The notes below the pieces were generated by a model. That model was not told the origin of the DNA and searched no databases. It saw only the letters and a program-made list of their open reading frames with translations. DNA of 63,583 nucleotides, filler included, from Perkinsus chesapeaki ATCC PRA-425 (taxonomy: Eukaryota; Protista; Perkinsozoa), in NCBI GenBank assembly GCA_013115145.1. It is 8 parts of 8 records of this genome, joined end to end, with 100 filler letters (N's around TTAATTAATTAA, not from the genome) between each part and the next. Parts side by side here need not be neighbours in the genome. Positions count along the whole stretch, not along the records: positions 1 to 15,434 come from JAAPAO010000726.1; 7 more parts are not named here. One strand, 5' to 3'. Position numbers and translations under genes: made by a program. Positions 1 to 11,704 of this stretch are shown here, piece by piece; within the stretch, counting starts at the first letter, position 1, and each line of letters starts with the position of its first letter.

Positions 1-1190
1 CATGATTCGACATGGGGGCCGCTTTTAGACCTCTGCCATGTTCCGATCTCTGTGATGTCTTCATTACGATATTGTCCACCCTAGCTGCTCTTCCAGCAGC
101 CCTATTTATCGATTCAACTTAGGTAATACTGTTATATTGTAAACCAGGCGAACCTACTGTGAGTAGGCTCGCACCTGCCAAAGCTGCAATGAGCTCCAGG
201 GATGATATATCCCCGCTCTCCGACTTCGCTCTGTCAGGTTTCTCGCTATTCCTCTTTATCAGTGCCCTCGCCTGACTAACTTGTCGGTAACATGATCAAT
301 CCGGCCACCGACTGTAGAGTAGCATCAGATACCACCACTTCTTTGGATTCCCCATCTTTAGCTACACATCCCCCTCCTAGTAGGGATGTTGGAGCGTTGG
401 AGCTTATACTAACGGGTTTCTTAAGGCAACGTAACCGAAAGTCCAAGCTTTGAGATGCCTCCGTGGTCGGGTTAATCCCTCGCAGACCTGTATGCTTCGC
501 TATGCAGCCTTCCATATAAGGGTTTCAGCCAAGGTCGAAATTGATAAATAATCTGAGCCATCCAGGCTGCATTACCAACTATAGATTGAAGCTCACTCAC
601 CGTCACCGCTTTGTGTTCACTATTCGGTCCCAGCAACCGGCTTATCTGAGATATCAGTTTCTTTGTCTACCTATAGAGACTGCTACTCTGCAACAACTCA
701 AATCCCACTGGAATTTAAGTAGCACCGGCGTCGCTGACGCACGCATCTAATGATACGACAAATCTGCCCCTACCACTTCATGTAATGATAATAACGATAC
801 TAGCCACCTCATCTCGAACTGTTAGGTAATTGACATAATTCCATCAAGATATGCCAAAGTACGTATAACGATCAAGACAAGCCCGCTGTATACTCTGACC
901 CACAAGAGGCCAGCCGGGCTCGAGCCAAATGGCAGCCTAGAATGGCATACCAGCGAAGGAGCTTTATCGTCCTTCGAAGGTATGAACTTCATACAGTACT
1001 TGCGTTCTGATTCCTTTATAGGTACATTCCTATGTGGTGCAGAGCAGTCCAATTCAACCTTAATCAGCTCATGGTTCGAAAGGCTCTCTCTGTCCTTCTC
1101 TCCAAGATAACGATGATAGGAGTGAATAAGGTGAGCAGCTGTGGCTAATCCCGAGAGTTGCAATATCTCAGGTGCTCTCACCATGGCGTT
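1..1190 (-). mobile_element. Decayed LTR-retrotransposon pol fragment (reverse transcriptase + RNase H), BEL/Pao-like
   Basis: ORF 822-1184 has RT motifs LDCSAPHRNVPI, RLPFGSSPA and AYLDGI (degenerate YxDD). Downstream on the same strand are VVVSDAT (RNase H D1, ORF 276-515) and ISSLELIAALAG (~130-190), like BEL/Pao ipRLELxA. Stops and frameshifts present. Confidence 0.75.
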
Positions 1191-1424
1191 AACTCCCGAG
1201 CGAAAAGAAATAATCCTCTCGCTCCATGATTCAGGTCATCCTCGCGTTCACTCCTATCACACGGCGCACTTTTCGGCCATCTTTCCGGGGCAGGTATGGG
1301 CTCCTCTATGCCTACACCCCCTTCTAGTACTGTATTTCATCAAGTGCTGCGGGCAGTTGCTGCGGCCGCAGCATTTTCTAAAAGTGTGCGGAAATGAAAG
1401 AGAATAAAGATGATAAATGAAAGA

Positions 1425-1695
1425 TTTTCTAAATGTACGAGATATGCTTGTGTGAAATAAGTGTGGATTGAGATCTTGGTGTATGAAATTGGGGTGAACG
1501 GAATGGAAGTGTATAAACTTTCAGTGTACTGAATGGTAGTGTACCGAGCTTATCGACATGAGATAATAGTGAACGTACTTTTGGTAGTCGAACTGCCCAT
1601 GATCTGGATAAGAGTAAACGAGCTGACTGTGTACGTGTTTCAAGCGATTGAGTTGAGTGTGTAAGTGTTTTATGCGTACCAATCGTTAACTTCGC
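1425..1695. mobile_element. Solo right arm of the 15-bp-periodic foldback element
   Basis: Clearly aligns with 3430-3727 (GTGTACG/GTGAACG motifs, shared end GTACCAATCGTTAAC). No left arm nearby. Confidence 0.8.
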
Positions 1696-2882
1696 CGAGC
1701 TGGACACTCATCCTATCGAAAATATCTCTGATATCTTCAAAAGTATTCAGCATTCGTCTTAAAGCCAAACGCTCAACACTCTTAGCATAAACATGGTTAT
1801 CGCGCAACCAAGATATCGTTGACTTGCTATCACTAATAACAACCACGCAAAGGGGCGTTCATGATCGACAGTATACTCTTCCAACAATTTGACAGTAAGC
1901 CTTGAAGAATACGCCACGCTTCTCGGCGATTGGAATGCCAAGCCGATTGTGCGTTAGGAAGAGGTTTCGCTCGAGAGGATTCAAATCGACCGAGGCGAAA
2001 CCTACAATAACCTACAATCCTATTCCCCTTTTCGCAACACAAGGACTGGTGATACAGAAATGGGCCTATCTCGAACCCGAGACCAGTAAACCGTGCTGTA
2101 ATGATGGTACTATTAGTTGGCTGTACCAAACCAAATCTGATCAGGTAAGGTCCTTATCTATTGAGCCAACTTGACTCAGCCAAGTAATACCATCAATGAG
2201 TGATCATAATAACTATCAGAAACTACAGCACAGAGCCAACCACCCGTACATCTTAAAAAAATCAGAATAAAACTCATAACTAACAGACTGAATGACGCTG
2301 ATACTAGCGTGAACTACACAACTGAGTACTTCAAACGAGCGGAGAGAAAGGGGTATCAGATTGTAATTTCATGCACTTAGTGCATTGCACTACAATCATA
2401 TTCCCCTTTTCGCAACACAAGGACTGGTGATACAGAAATGGGCCTATCTCGAACCCGAGACCAGTAAACCGTGCTGTAATGATGATAGTATCAGTTGGCT
2501 GTACCAAACCGAATCTGATCAGGTAAGGCCCTTATCTATTGAGCCAACTTGACTCAGCCAAGTAATACCATCAATGAGTGATCATAATAACTATCAGAAA
2601 CTACAGCACAGAGACAACCACCCAGTAGCTGGTCTCCTCGAGAAGGCCCTTTGCCATCATATACACCATCTTGAATAACTGTTCTCTCCTCTCAACCAGT
2701 TATACTTCACTTGAGTTGGGTCAGACCGTAACCATGACTCTACTGGTTTGGATTGCCTTCTCTGTAGCTTCCTTGTTCCCACCGGCTCAGAACTTAGCGT
2801 AGACCGAGTACAACTTATAGAGCCTATTACAGCGTTCACCTCACTCTTCTTTCCCTGAGCTGGCCGAGATTGATTCCATTGT
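1696..2882 (-). mobile_element. Second decayed LTR-element pol remnant (RNase H region)
   Basis: Frame-shifted translation gives VVISDSKSTISWL...VERLALRRML (RNase H DS motif), preceded by SRAKPLP...WHSNRREA. Interrupted by repeats. Confidence 0.5.
2012..2623. repeat. 234-bp direct repeat (2012-2245 and 2390-2623) around a 144-bp spacer
   Basis: Near-identical copies from CTACAATC(C/A)TATTCCCC to CAACCACCC. Confidence 0.95.
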
Positions 2883-3136
2883 GGGTGTGTAACGATTGGT
2901 ACACATAAATTACGTACACATGAAACTCGTACACGGAATTTTTGACTTTTGACTGGTACACCAAATTCCCGTACACTCACATCTCTGTCGACAAAAGGTG
3001 ATACACCAAAAATAGGTTCAGGGCCAAGTAGTACACAAAAATTCCGTTCATATGAGTGCCGTACACTAAGATTTGGTTCACTTTGATTTCGTACTCCTCG
3101 AACTCGTACACCCGATGGCTCGTACACTTATGCGAA

Positions 3137-3208
3137 TTTTTTTCAGTTCAGTAGGGAGATCACTAATTTGTTAATCCAAAGGTTGAGCGTTCAATCCCCA
3201 GAGGCCTG
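3137..3208 (+). pseudogene. Degenerate tRNA-derived sequence (Asn-like loop TTGTTAA)
   Basis: A-box-like CAGTTCAGTAGG, 7-nt loop with GTT at 3170-3172, AGGTT, B-box-like GTTCAATCCCC at 3189-3199. Stems do not pair well. Confidence 0.55.
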
Positions 3209-3283
3209 ATAACCGGCAAACTTTGTCTGTACGGCGGAGCAATTAGCACTTCTGGGGAGATCAATGCGACATTGCATTGTGTA

Positions 3284-3355
3284 GTCAGATTGCTCTAGTG
3301 GTATAAAGGCTATCTGACATGGGCAAGGTTCTAGGTTCGAATCTAACCCGGGGTA
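3284..3355 (+). pseudogene. Degenerate tRNA-derived sequence (Val-like spacing)
   Basis: CTAGTGGTATA (A box), CTGACAT loop, AAGGTT, GGTTCGAATC (B box) at canonical tRNA spacing. Stems decayed. Confidence 0.6.
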
Positions 3356-4322
3356 TTCTCAGTTCATGGGAGTGTGAGGATCTGAAAGCCTGGGGTGAGT
3401 AAGTTTAAAATTTTTGGAGTGTACGATATGAAAGTGTACGAGATATGCGTGTATGAAAAAAGTGTGCATTGAGATTTTGGTTTATGGAATGGGGGTGAAC
3501 GGAATGAAAGTGTACGAACTTTTGGTGTACTGAATGCAAGTGTACCGAGTTTATGGATACGAGATAATAGTGAACGTACTTTTGGTGGTCGAACTGCCGA
3601 TGATCTGAATAGGAGCGAACGAGCTGACTGTGTACGTGTTTCTAGCAATCGAGTTGAGTATGAATGTAATTTATGGAGATTGAACATTAAGTGTACGTGT
3701 TTTATGTGTACCAATCGTTAACATCCCAACAAAGGTGCTCTCGACAAGTCATTATCAACACCATCATCATTGAGCCCATTCGAAGAACAAAAGATACCAT
3801 GATGAGAGGGGTCGATAACAATACCAAGTTGAGTCATTCCTTCCCAACCAATAAATAGTTCGGGAGAAAGTGAAGGAACTATATGGAAGAACAAACCCTT
3901 CGAAGAGCCGTCGAAGCTTGCCACAAGCTCAATCCGGCCTTCCGAATCAACATAGTTACCATCAGCTAGTAACACCTAATGCTTCTTGTCGTCGCCAACT
4001 TTACATGGGCAACCTGCTAACTGCAGCGATTTCACCAAAGATGAACCGGTATAGTTGAGACTCGCACTAGAATCAAACAAAGCTTGCTTCCACAACTTTT
4101 CATTGCCAACTTTTTCCCGAAGGCTCGAATGAAAACAAATAGCAACTGGTCTCGCAGCGGGGCAGTTCTCCTCGGCCTCTTTCAAACACTCAGGCTCCTT
4201 CTGGACAACCATAGCGGCAGCTCTTGATGTCGTAGTAGAAGCAGGCCTAACAGTAGAATCATCACCCAAGCCAGATTTCTTCGGATCTGGTTTATCATGA
4301 GCTTTCGACCTAGCCTCTTCTT

Positions 4323-5071
4323 GGGGTGCACAGCGATTCGTCCATTATTGTTTCGTCCATGGCATGTTCCGTCCAGAATTGTTTCTCCCAGATCCCAGTT
4401 TATCCAGGATTGTTTCGTCCACTGTGATTGTGCTCGTTTCGTACACATTTGTTTCGTCCATGTAGGGTTTCGTCCACGATTGTTTCGTTTATGCTTGCTT
4501 CATGCAAAGATATGCTGACAATGCGTGTTTCGTACATGATCTTTTCGTCCAATAGCAATTCGTCCACGCTTGTTACATCCACAGAACATGCTGGGTCTAT
4601 TAGAAACCTGGTATGAGATAATAGATAGAATAAGTAGCCTTGGAATCACCCGAATGTTGATTATCCGATTGAGTGGGATATGCGGGGCGAAGCGCATGCT
4701 GTTTGGTACGACGCTTTCAAGCATAATCCGACGAGGAAAGTCTAACTTGCAGACGCGCGCCAGTGCAGTTGGTTAAACGGGTCATCTGCGGAACAGAAGG
4801 TCGTGAGTTCGATCCCCGGTGAGTGCTTGACCAAGATTCTCCGGGGTGGATGAAACGAGCATGCACGAATCGAAATATGCATGTACGAAGCGCATATGGA
4901 TGGAACGATCAGCGAAAATGGAAGAAACGGCGTGGACGAAAGAAGCATGGGGAAAAGCGCGTGGGTGAACTGCAAGTGGACGAAGTGAGCTGGAGGAAAC
5001 GCGCATGGACGAAACAATTTTGGACGGAACACACCGCGGACGAAAGAACACTGGATGAATGGCGACACCCC
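4323..5071. mobile_element. Complete foldback/MULE-like non-autonomous element (749 bp) with 9-bp TSD and tRNA-derived core
   Basis: Termini GGGGTG...CACCCC. Flanks CCTCTTCTT (4314-4322) and CCTCTTGTT (5072-5080). TTCGTCCA recurs every ~15 bp on the left and TGGACGAA on the right. Excision restores the gag-protease frame. Confidence 0.9.
4755..4827 (+). pseudogene. tRNA-derived core (Ile-like D and T regions), non-functional fold
   Basis: GCGCGCCAGTGCAGTTGGTTAAACG...AAGGTCGTGAGTTCGATCCCCGGTGAGTGC has tRNA length and A/B boxes. Anticodon loop lacks U33; T and acceptor stems are mismatched. Confidence 0.7.
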
Positions 5072-6129
5072 CCTCTTGTTGAGCTAGTTTAGGACGCTCA
5101 GACTTCAGATAGTCAGGCTGCCGACAATAATAGCAGACCTTCAAAGCGGACGGACTCGTACCAATGGGAGCTTTGGCATCTCCTGAAGCTGGTGCTGGAG
5201 CAGCTCTAGTGGGCGATGGGACCACAGTAACTGAATCAGGTGAACCATTAAGTGCACGCTTAAAAACTCGCTCTTCAGAGATCAAACGAGCAACCAAATC
5301 ATCTAGATTAGTAACACCAGTACCAATTGGATTTGCTGCGCTGAAAGCCGAATTCTTATTCCCGACCGAAGCGAATTGTATAGTAGATTGGTAATCATCA
5401 ATGTCATTACCAAAACATCTGGCCTCTTCTTGAGCATCTTGAAACCTTTGGCAAAAGGGGAGAGCTTCTCGTTCTTGCCTTGACGGAGCTGAAGCAAAGA
5501 GAGCCATGAATGAAGTTAACTAGCATCACCAAGACCATAAGCAATCAATAGACCAGTGGTCTAAGATCACTAACTTCACGTTTTAGCTCACGCTTCAATT
5601 CAGTATAAGTGGTTACTGCAACTGATGAACAACCTTTCTAGCCTCAGAGGTAATTTGACGTTTCATCATTTCCCTGTATTCCAAGGCAGACCAGCCTTCA
5701 TCAATAGCAGTGTCACGGAGAAAGATCAGCACTCTACTATAGAGCGAGAATCATCCTTCCCAGAGAGTTAACCTCCTTTAAGAAGATCAACATCATTAAC
5801 ACTCTTTTTAGCATCCCGTCGATCTTGGGAAGGTATAACACCTTCGTCGTCTGAGAAAGCCGGCAGTAAGTTACCTTAATCACAAGGCTCTACAAGAGAG
5901 TATTGATCTTTAGGAGAAGTAGTACCCGGTAAACCTTAACTGAATGAGAAGAAGGCTGAACTTTAGACTCAGTCGGAACTTCGTTAACGGTCGGTTAAGA
6001 CAGGGAAAGAGGGTTCAAAAATACTACACTTATCGTAGTTTGAGAACTTCACGGAAGTAATTTTTTGAGCCATGATAACCCGCTCATCTCTATCGGCGAT
6101 ACTATCTAATGTTACTAACTGTTCGCTTA

Positions 6130-8600
6130 CGACACGACGGAAATGCTTTCAGACCCTTAGCAAGTTCTTCGACCCTTTGGATATCTGAATAGAAGCAGTC
6201 TCGAAGAAGAGGTATCTTTTGCGAGAGGCAGCTTGTGAGACAGCCCATTGGGGTTCCCAGGATGTACCCAATAATGTTATGCTAGATATCAAAGTCCTCC
6301 TCAACGCCAACCTACCACCACAACCACGCTTTACGAATTCCCGCCCCGGTATAGTTGTCTTTTGCGACGCAGCTGGAGCTGGTTGTATCTGCGCAGATGC
6401 ACGTGCCAGAGCTAGTGGTAGGCGAATAATTGCTCGGCAATGTTCACTTAACCCATCATGGTCTGTTGCTCGCTGAGCACTATGTGGTGACCACATCGTG
6501 GTCTCCCTCTAGCAGCAGATTTGATGTCTAACATCTTGAGAGAGGCAGATTGTGGTGGAGTGATCGATGTCGACCGTTCTGGGCGCGACCATAGCCGGAT
6601 CGATATTAGCTATTAGCACGCAGGCGCATATCGGGGGATATCCCCCCCTACAGTTGCTCTTATCGGAGCCGTATTCTCTGATAGCGCCCGTTAACACACC
6701 ATAGTCTGTTGCGTTAATGAGAAACACTTGCACAAGTCATAAAATGGTGCCCAGACCCAGGAATGTGTGTTCCTCAGAAGCTTTTGCTTTTCCTTGTGCC
6801 CGAATGAGTGTTTCCCCGAGCTCCCTGGAGTTTTTACACCAACCGCTAAGAATTGCACAAGCCATAGGCCCAGTTCTTCAAGAAGTTGCTGCTGAGTTCA
6901 AAAACACTGATGAGATAGAACGTTATGAAATATGTGAAGGCCTTATCTATAAAGTTGGTAATGTGTCCCTGGACGGCGTACTACTCATCAAATCGTTGTA
7001 CCAAATGATCGCCGAGATGCACAAGCATTGGTAGTTTAACTACTTAACTACCGTAGTTAAGTGGGTTCACGATAAGCATGGTGGTCATCCTGGTCGTACG
7101 ACTCTTGCAAGATGGGTTTGGCGAAGCTTCTATTGGAGACGAGTTGAGTCAACGCAGTTGTCAACTGCCAGTTGGCACTGCTGTGAGAGTTGTGAATCGG
7201 GACTGCGAAGGCTGTCAAGCAAGGAGGTTAGCTGCCAACAAACTACAAGTACAGTCACCAAGGCCACCTGGTTGCTCGGTACAGTATGAACCTTTCGCCA
7301 TAGATTATTTTGATGTTATGGGTCCGTATCAGTTGTCGAAGTCGGAAGCGGACACTAACACTAAGGTCTATATCTTCACCTTGTCATGCCACTCTAGGAA
7401 GTTCGTGAAGTGTGAGGCTGCTCATGACAAATCTGGTTACAGTGCCTCACAAGCGTTGTTTAAGATGTTATCTGATGAAGGCCCAGTACCACTACTAGTG
7501 GTAGACCAGGGTCTCAATGTCCCAGAGGTTATGTCTGTTGCCGATGAGTGGAATGCTATTGTAGTAGCTGCTCCTCCATGAGGAGAAGAACTCCGTGGGT
7601 GGGGGGAACGTGCTCACCGAGATGTCCATGCCGTCCTACGAGGTTGTCTTTGGGATCTATCAGCAGAGCGCACACTACCCAATGAAGATGAGTTCCTTCG
7701 TCTGGTTAGTAGAGCCGTTACTATTGTCAATATGACGCCTTACATTGGTCGTTCTCCACTCTGTCCTTTGTTGGTATGCAGAGGACACAGTCGTATGATT
7801 AGTGACTTGAATGCAGAAGCGGAGGCTGAGAGTATCAGAAAGGCTATCTTAGACGGCTTAGACGGCCCCCAACTTGGTGGACTGAAGAATTGGCCAAGCA
7901 CTATCGAGAACAAATTGATGAAGGACATATGTTCACTTTGAAGGAACTTGCTGACGTCTGGGGGATGCGACGACGTGATGTTAGAAGCAAGCTTCTGAAC
8001 CGCGTACAGCGACATGCGAGTAGAGATCTAGAAGAAGGTTCAACCGTATATCGTTGGCGCCCAAATTTGGGATGGTTTGGTAAACTTAATAGTGGCTGGC
8101 ATGCAGCGGTTTTGGTGAGAAAATCAAGCAGTAGTGTTTGCATTGCAAACTTCGCAAGACCGCCTACCTAATGGGAAAGAGACGACTGAGAGCGTATCGA
8201 ACCTCAGGCCGGCGAGAGTGTGCCGGTAACGGCATTTGTGCGATTGTTATGTTATACAACTTATTTCTGTGCTGATGCTATTCTGTGACAGCATGTCTGT
8301 CCAGAATTCTTTGTTGTTTTCCGCGCTCATTTGTCTACCATAATTGTGTGCTAAGATTCCTAGTGCCCAGCTAGTGGACTCGGTCCGTAACTCATGAGTA
8401 GTAAAAAGTTTTTAAGCTTCTGCGATATCGACTTCATCACCTATGAACCACTTGTATTATCTTCAGATCACGGAAACGAGTCTTGAGTTATCTATTATTG
8501 TAATAATAACACCGTCATACTGTCGTCAGTCACTGACCTGACTTGACTCGAAGGTGACTCGTACTTTGAGTAGTATCACTCCTCAATTTGCTATTGGTAA
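6130..8600 (+). mobile_element. Decayed BEL/Pao-like pol 3' half (RNase H + integrase), probable LTR at ~8220-8600
   Basis: IVVFCDAAG and SWSVAR.AL (ORF 6219-6476), VFSDSA, HGGHPGRTTLARWVWRSFYW..CEGC (H2C2), FDVMGPY / VVDQG / RGWGER (DDE), C-terminal LEEGSTVYRW...GKLNSGW. Frameshifts and an in-frame TGA at 7579. The LTR call is tentative. Confidence 0.8.
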
Positions 8601-8921
8601 GTTAGTAGTACTAACAAAAGATGATATTCCAAGATGAAGCTGCTGCTGCTCTCTAATGATGTTTGTGATGATGATGATGATGATGATAATTATTTATATA
8701 CTACTTCTTATCAACATTGTTGGAGGAAGGTATATTGTCAATAACTCTTATGATGATGAGCAGCAATACATAGGTAAAAAGGTAATACCAATTTGGTATT
8801 ACCAAACACCGAAACCACCACCACCATCATGACCACTACTGCCATTTACAACAACAAGTGTGTTATCATATTCTTTGATTATAGCAATATAACTATATAA
8901 TTATTATTATCATTCCTATTC

Positions 8922-10590
8922 TTATTGAGTATTATTATTTAATGTTGTTGTTTCCATTTGAGATAATAATGCTGTATTAACTGCTGATGCTAGATAACCA
9001 ACTTGTAATTTAGTATCAGCTATAATATATTCATGCATTGCTGCTATAGCTACTCTAGCATCACAAGCACGGGAATATCTAATAATACAACTAGTAGTGT
9101 GTAATAATAACAACAACAATAATAATAATACATAATATTATTATTACATAACAAATGCAAATCCTCGTGGTCTTCCAGTATATGGTGATTTAGCTATCTC
9201 AATTGATTGTATATCACCAAATGGAGAAAATAATTTTCGAAGTTCTGATTCTTGAAGATGTATTAATGGTCCTTGTAGATTACCAATATACCTATACAGA
9301 TATTTATTATAACTATTAATCATTATATTCCCATTACGCCCATTACACTCTCATTGGTAAATCTTGTTGTTGATTCTGTACTACACGTGCCGCTTCAGCT
9401 GCACGATTCTTTTCAGCTTGTGATGCTTGTACTAATAATAATAAGACCTATTTATTACTATTACTATTACTACTACTTATTACTTCGTATTGGATGACCC
9501 ATTAATGGCTGACCATTACAAGCTAATGCTTTTAATATTGTTTCAGGTGTATAAAATTCAACATATGCTACACCTTTGGAACGATTAGTACCTAATAATA
9601 ACAACAACTTATTAATAATAACAACTTATTATTATTATTACGTGGATCACGTATAACTTGTACATCTCGTACTTTACCAGCATTTTGACTAAATAATGAT
9701 TAATGCTTATTATTATGATTATCCACACTAATAATACTACTACCTCATAAATACATATACTTCCCTTTCTGTACATTTAGGATGTATTCCCATAACCATT
9801 ACTGTACAATCATCTCTATGCGCTTGTTGTACCATACGTGCTCTTTCATCATTATTAATACCTCCTCCCACTCCAGCTACTGCTGCTGCTGTTGATGATG
9901 ATGATTTACCCCTCCTTCTTTTAACTTCATCATCATCATCGTCATTGTCGACATTGTTATATCGTCTTGGCCGTCTACTACTACTTCTATTACGTGACGA
10001 TGATGATCTTTTATAATATCGATCACTACTATCATAATTACCATTATCGCGGCGGTCATGTGTTAACTTATTATCATTATTATCTATATCATAATAATCA
10101 ACTAATAATGCTGCCCTACTATAATACGCTTTATATTACAATATCCGCCATCCCCATCACCGTCACTACCACCTTGTTGTTGTTGATGATGTTGATGATG
10201 TTGATAGTATTCATTATCGTTGTTAGATTGTTGTTCTATTACTCCTCCCCTTCTTCCTCCTCCTCGAGAAGATATTTCATTATTCCCTATAAACAACAAC
10301 AAAAAGTAGTGATAGTAGTAGTAGTAGACGATAATAACAACTTATTCGACGGTCGGTGGTATCATTCAATAATGTTACATACTTACTAGGTCTATACTAC
10401 TACAAGAAGAAGAGGTGGAATTATTATTATTATTACATGTTGATGATCTTCTCCTTCCTATTCTCCCTTCCTCCTCCTCTCCTCCCCTTCTTATACCATC
10501 ATTACCACCACCACCCTGCATACCACCACCTTCTTGTTGTTGACGATCCATCAACTCTTCTACTTGATCGAAATCTAGATCATCATCCAT
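8922..10590 (-). CDS. RBM39: RBM39/RBM23 (CAPER)-like RS/RRM splicing factor, multi-exon
   Basis: Spliced translation: RS-rich N-terminus, RRM1 (GKVRDVQVIRDPRSGRSKGVAYVEF...QASQAEKNRAA), RRM2 (VYIGNL...LFSPFGDI...RGFAFV). No third (UHM) domain seen. Confidence 0.8.
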
Positions 10591-10760
10591 ACTTATTACT
10601 ATTAAATAATATATAACTTGAATAATAATTAAATACCCATTAATAATAATACAATAATAATAAATAATAGAAACATTATAATATTGTTAGCAGTAAAGAG
10701 CAGCAGCAGAAACAATAATAATAACAACATCAGGTGTTATTCTTATTCTGTTTATTTATT

Positions 10761-11653
10761 CTAATTTACTTTATTATTATTATCATTATTATTCCTACTA
10801 CTACTACAAGTAGTATAACAATTAAGCCTGATTATATTATTATACCATATATCATAATTTCCTATTGCAATTGCTTTACGTGCTTCATCAAATAATCTAT
10901 CTAACATTATTATATTATTTCTACATACTAATTGTGGACCAAGTAATTCACCACATTTATATAAATGATGTATCTATTATTAATAAGGGTAATACAAGCT
11001 ATGTAGAGTATATAATCATTATTATTACATATGATAGAGTATAATGCCCCTGCTGCTGCCCCTCAGTATCATCATTATCTTCATGTAATGTTATATTACT
11101 AGCATATGACTTTGTATTATTGATAAGTGATATATCCGACTTTACTCGAATTATACTAATAAAAATAATAAGTAGTAATAAATAATAACAACAATAATAA
11201 TACCAAATATTATTACCAGCATGGTTTTAAAGGTTTCCATTCATTATTATCTATATCATTATTATTATAATCTATTATAATATTTTGTGAATCTGATAAT
11301 ATATAGTTCATTATTATTACTATCATATATCATCATCACTATTACCTGGTATATCCCAATTCAATAATAAACCATCATTTGCCATATCAAATACGAATGA
11401 TGTATCAATAATATCTATACCACATTTGATACTGTGTAATATTTCATGTAAACAACAACAATAACAATATTTTGGTATATATATAGTATCATAATCACCA
11501 TTATTATTATCTAATAATACTGTATAATAACAATATTAATAATACCAATATTATTACTTTTAATTATATTACAATATACCTCGTTACATGATATACAATC
11601 ATCAATTAATACAGTCATCATCTTCCCTACTACTGATTTATCATCACCACCAC

Positions 11654-11704
<51 letters not shown>

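Larger units (their letters stand above)
2883..3727. mobile_element. Non-autonomous foldback/MITE with 15-bp-periodic inverted arms and two tRNA-like cores
   Basis: Terminal inverted repeat ACGATTGGTACACATAAAnnACGTACAC matches 26/28 (2892-2919 vs 3691-3718) and extends imperfectly to GGG/CCC. Left arm carries CGTACAC every 15 bp, right arm the inverse. TSD not resolved. Confidence 0.85.
3728..6130 (-). mobile_element. LTR-retroelement gag-protease remnant, interrupted by the 4323-5071 insertion
   Basis: ORF 4782-5507 has a decayed zinc knuckle CYYCRQPDYLKSERP. ORF 3976-4269 has ALFDSSASLNY (retropepsin DSG-like). ORF 3718-3975 has LADG..SEGRI...FIGWEGMTQLGI (protease C-half). Confidence 0.8.

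Noticed and set aside
3137-4827. Functional tRNA genes
   Set aside because: A/B boxes and spacing are present but acceptor, anticodon and T stems do not pair properly; treated as tRNA-derived pseudogenes.
2883-5071. CRISPR-like array (short repeat with variable spacers)
   Set aside because: Repeats are 7-8 bp with ~7-bp spacers, arranged as inverted arms with TIR/TSD in a eukaryotic context; no cas genes.
7579-7581. UGA-to-Trp recoding in the integrase (PP*GEELRGW)
   Set aside because: The element has several other frameshifts and stops, so TGG>TGA decay is simpler. Host genes terminate normally.
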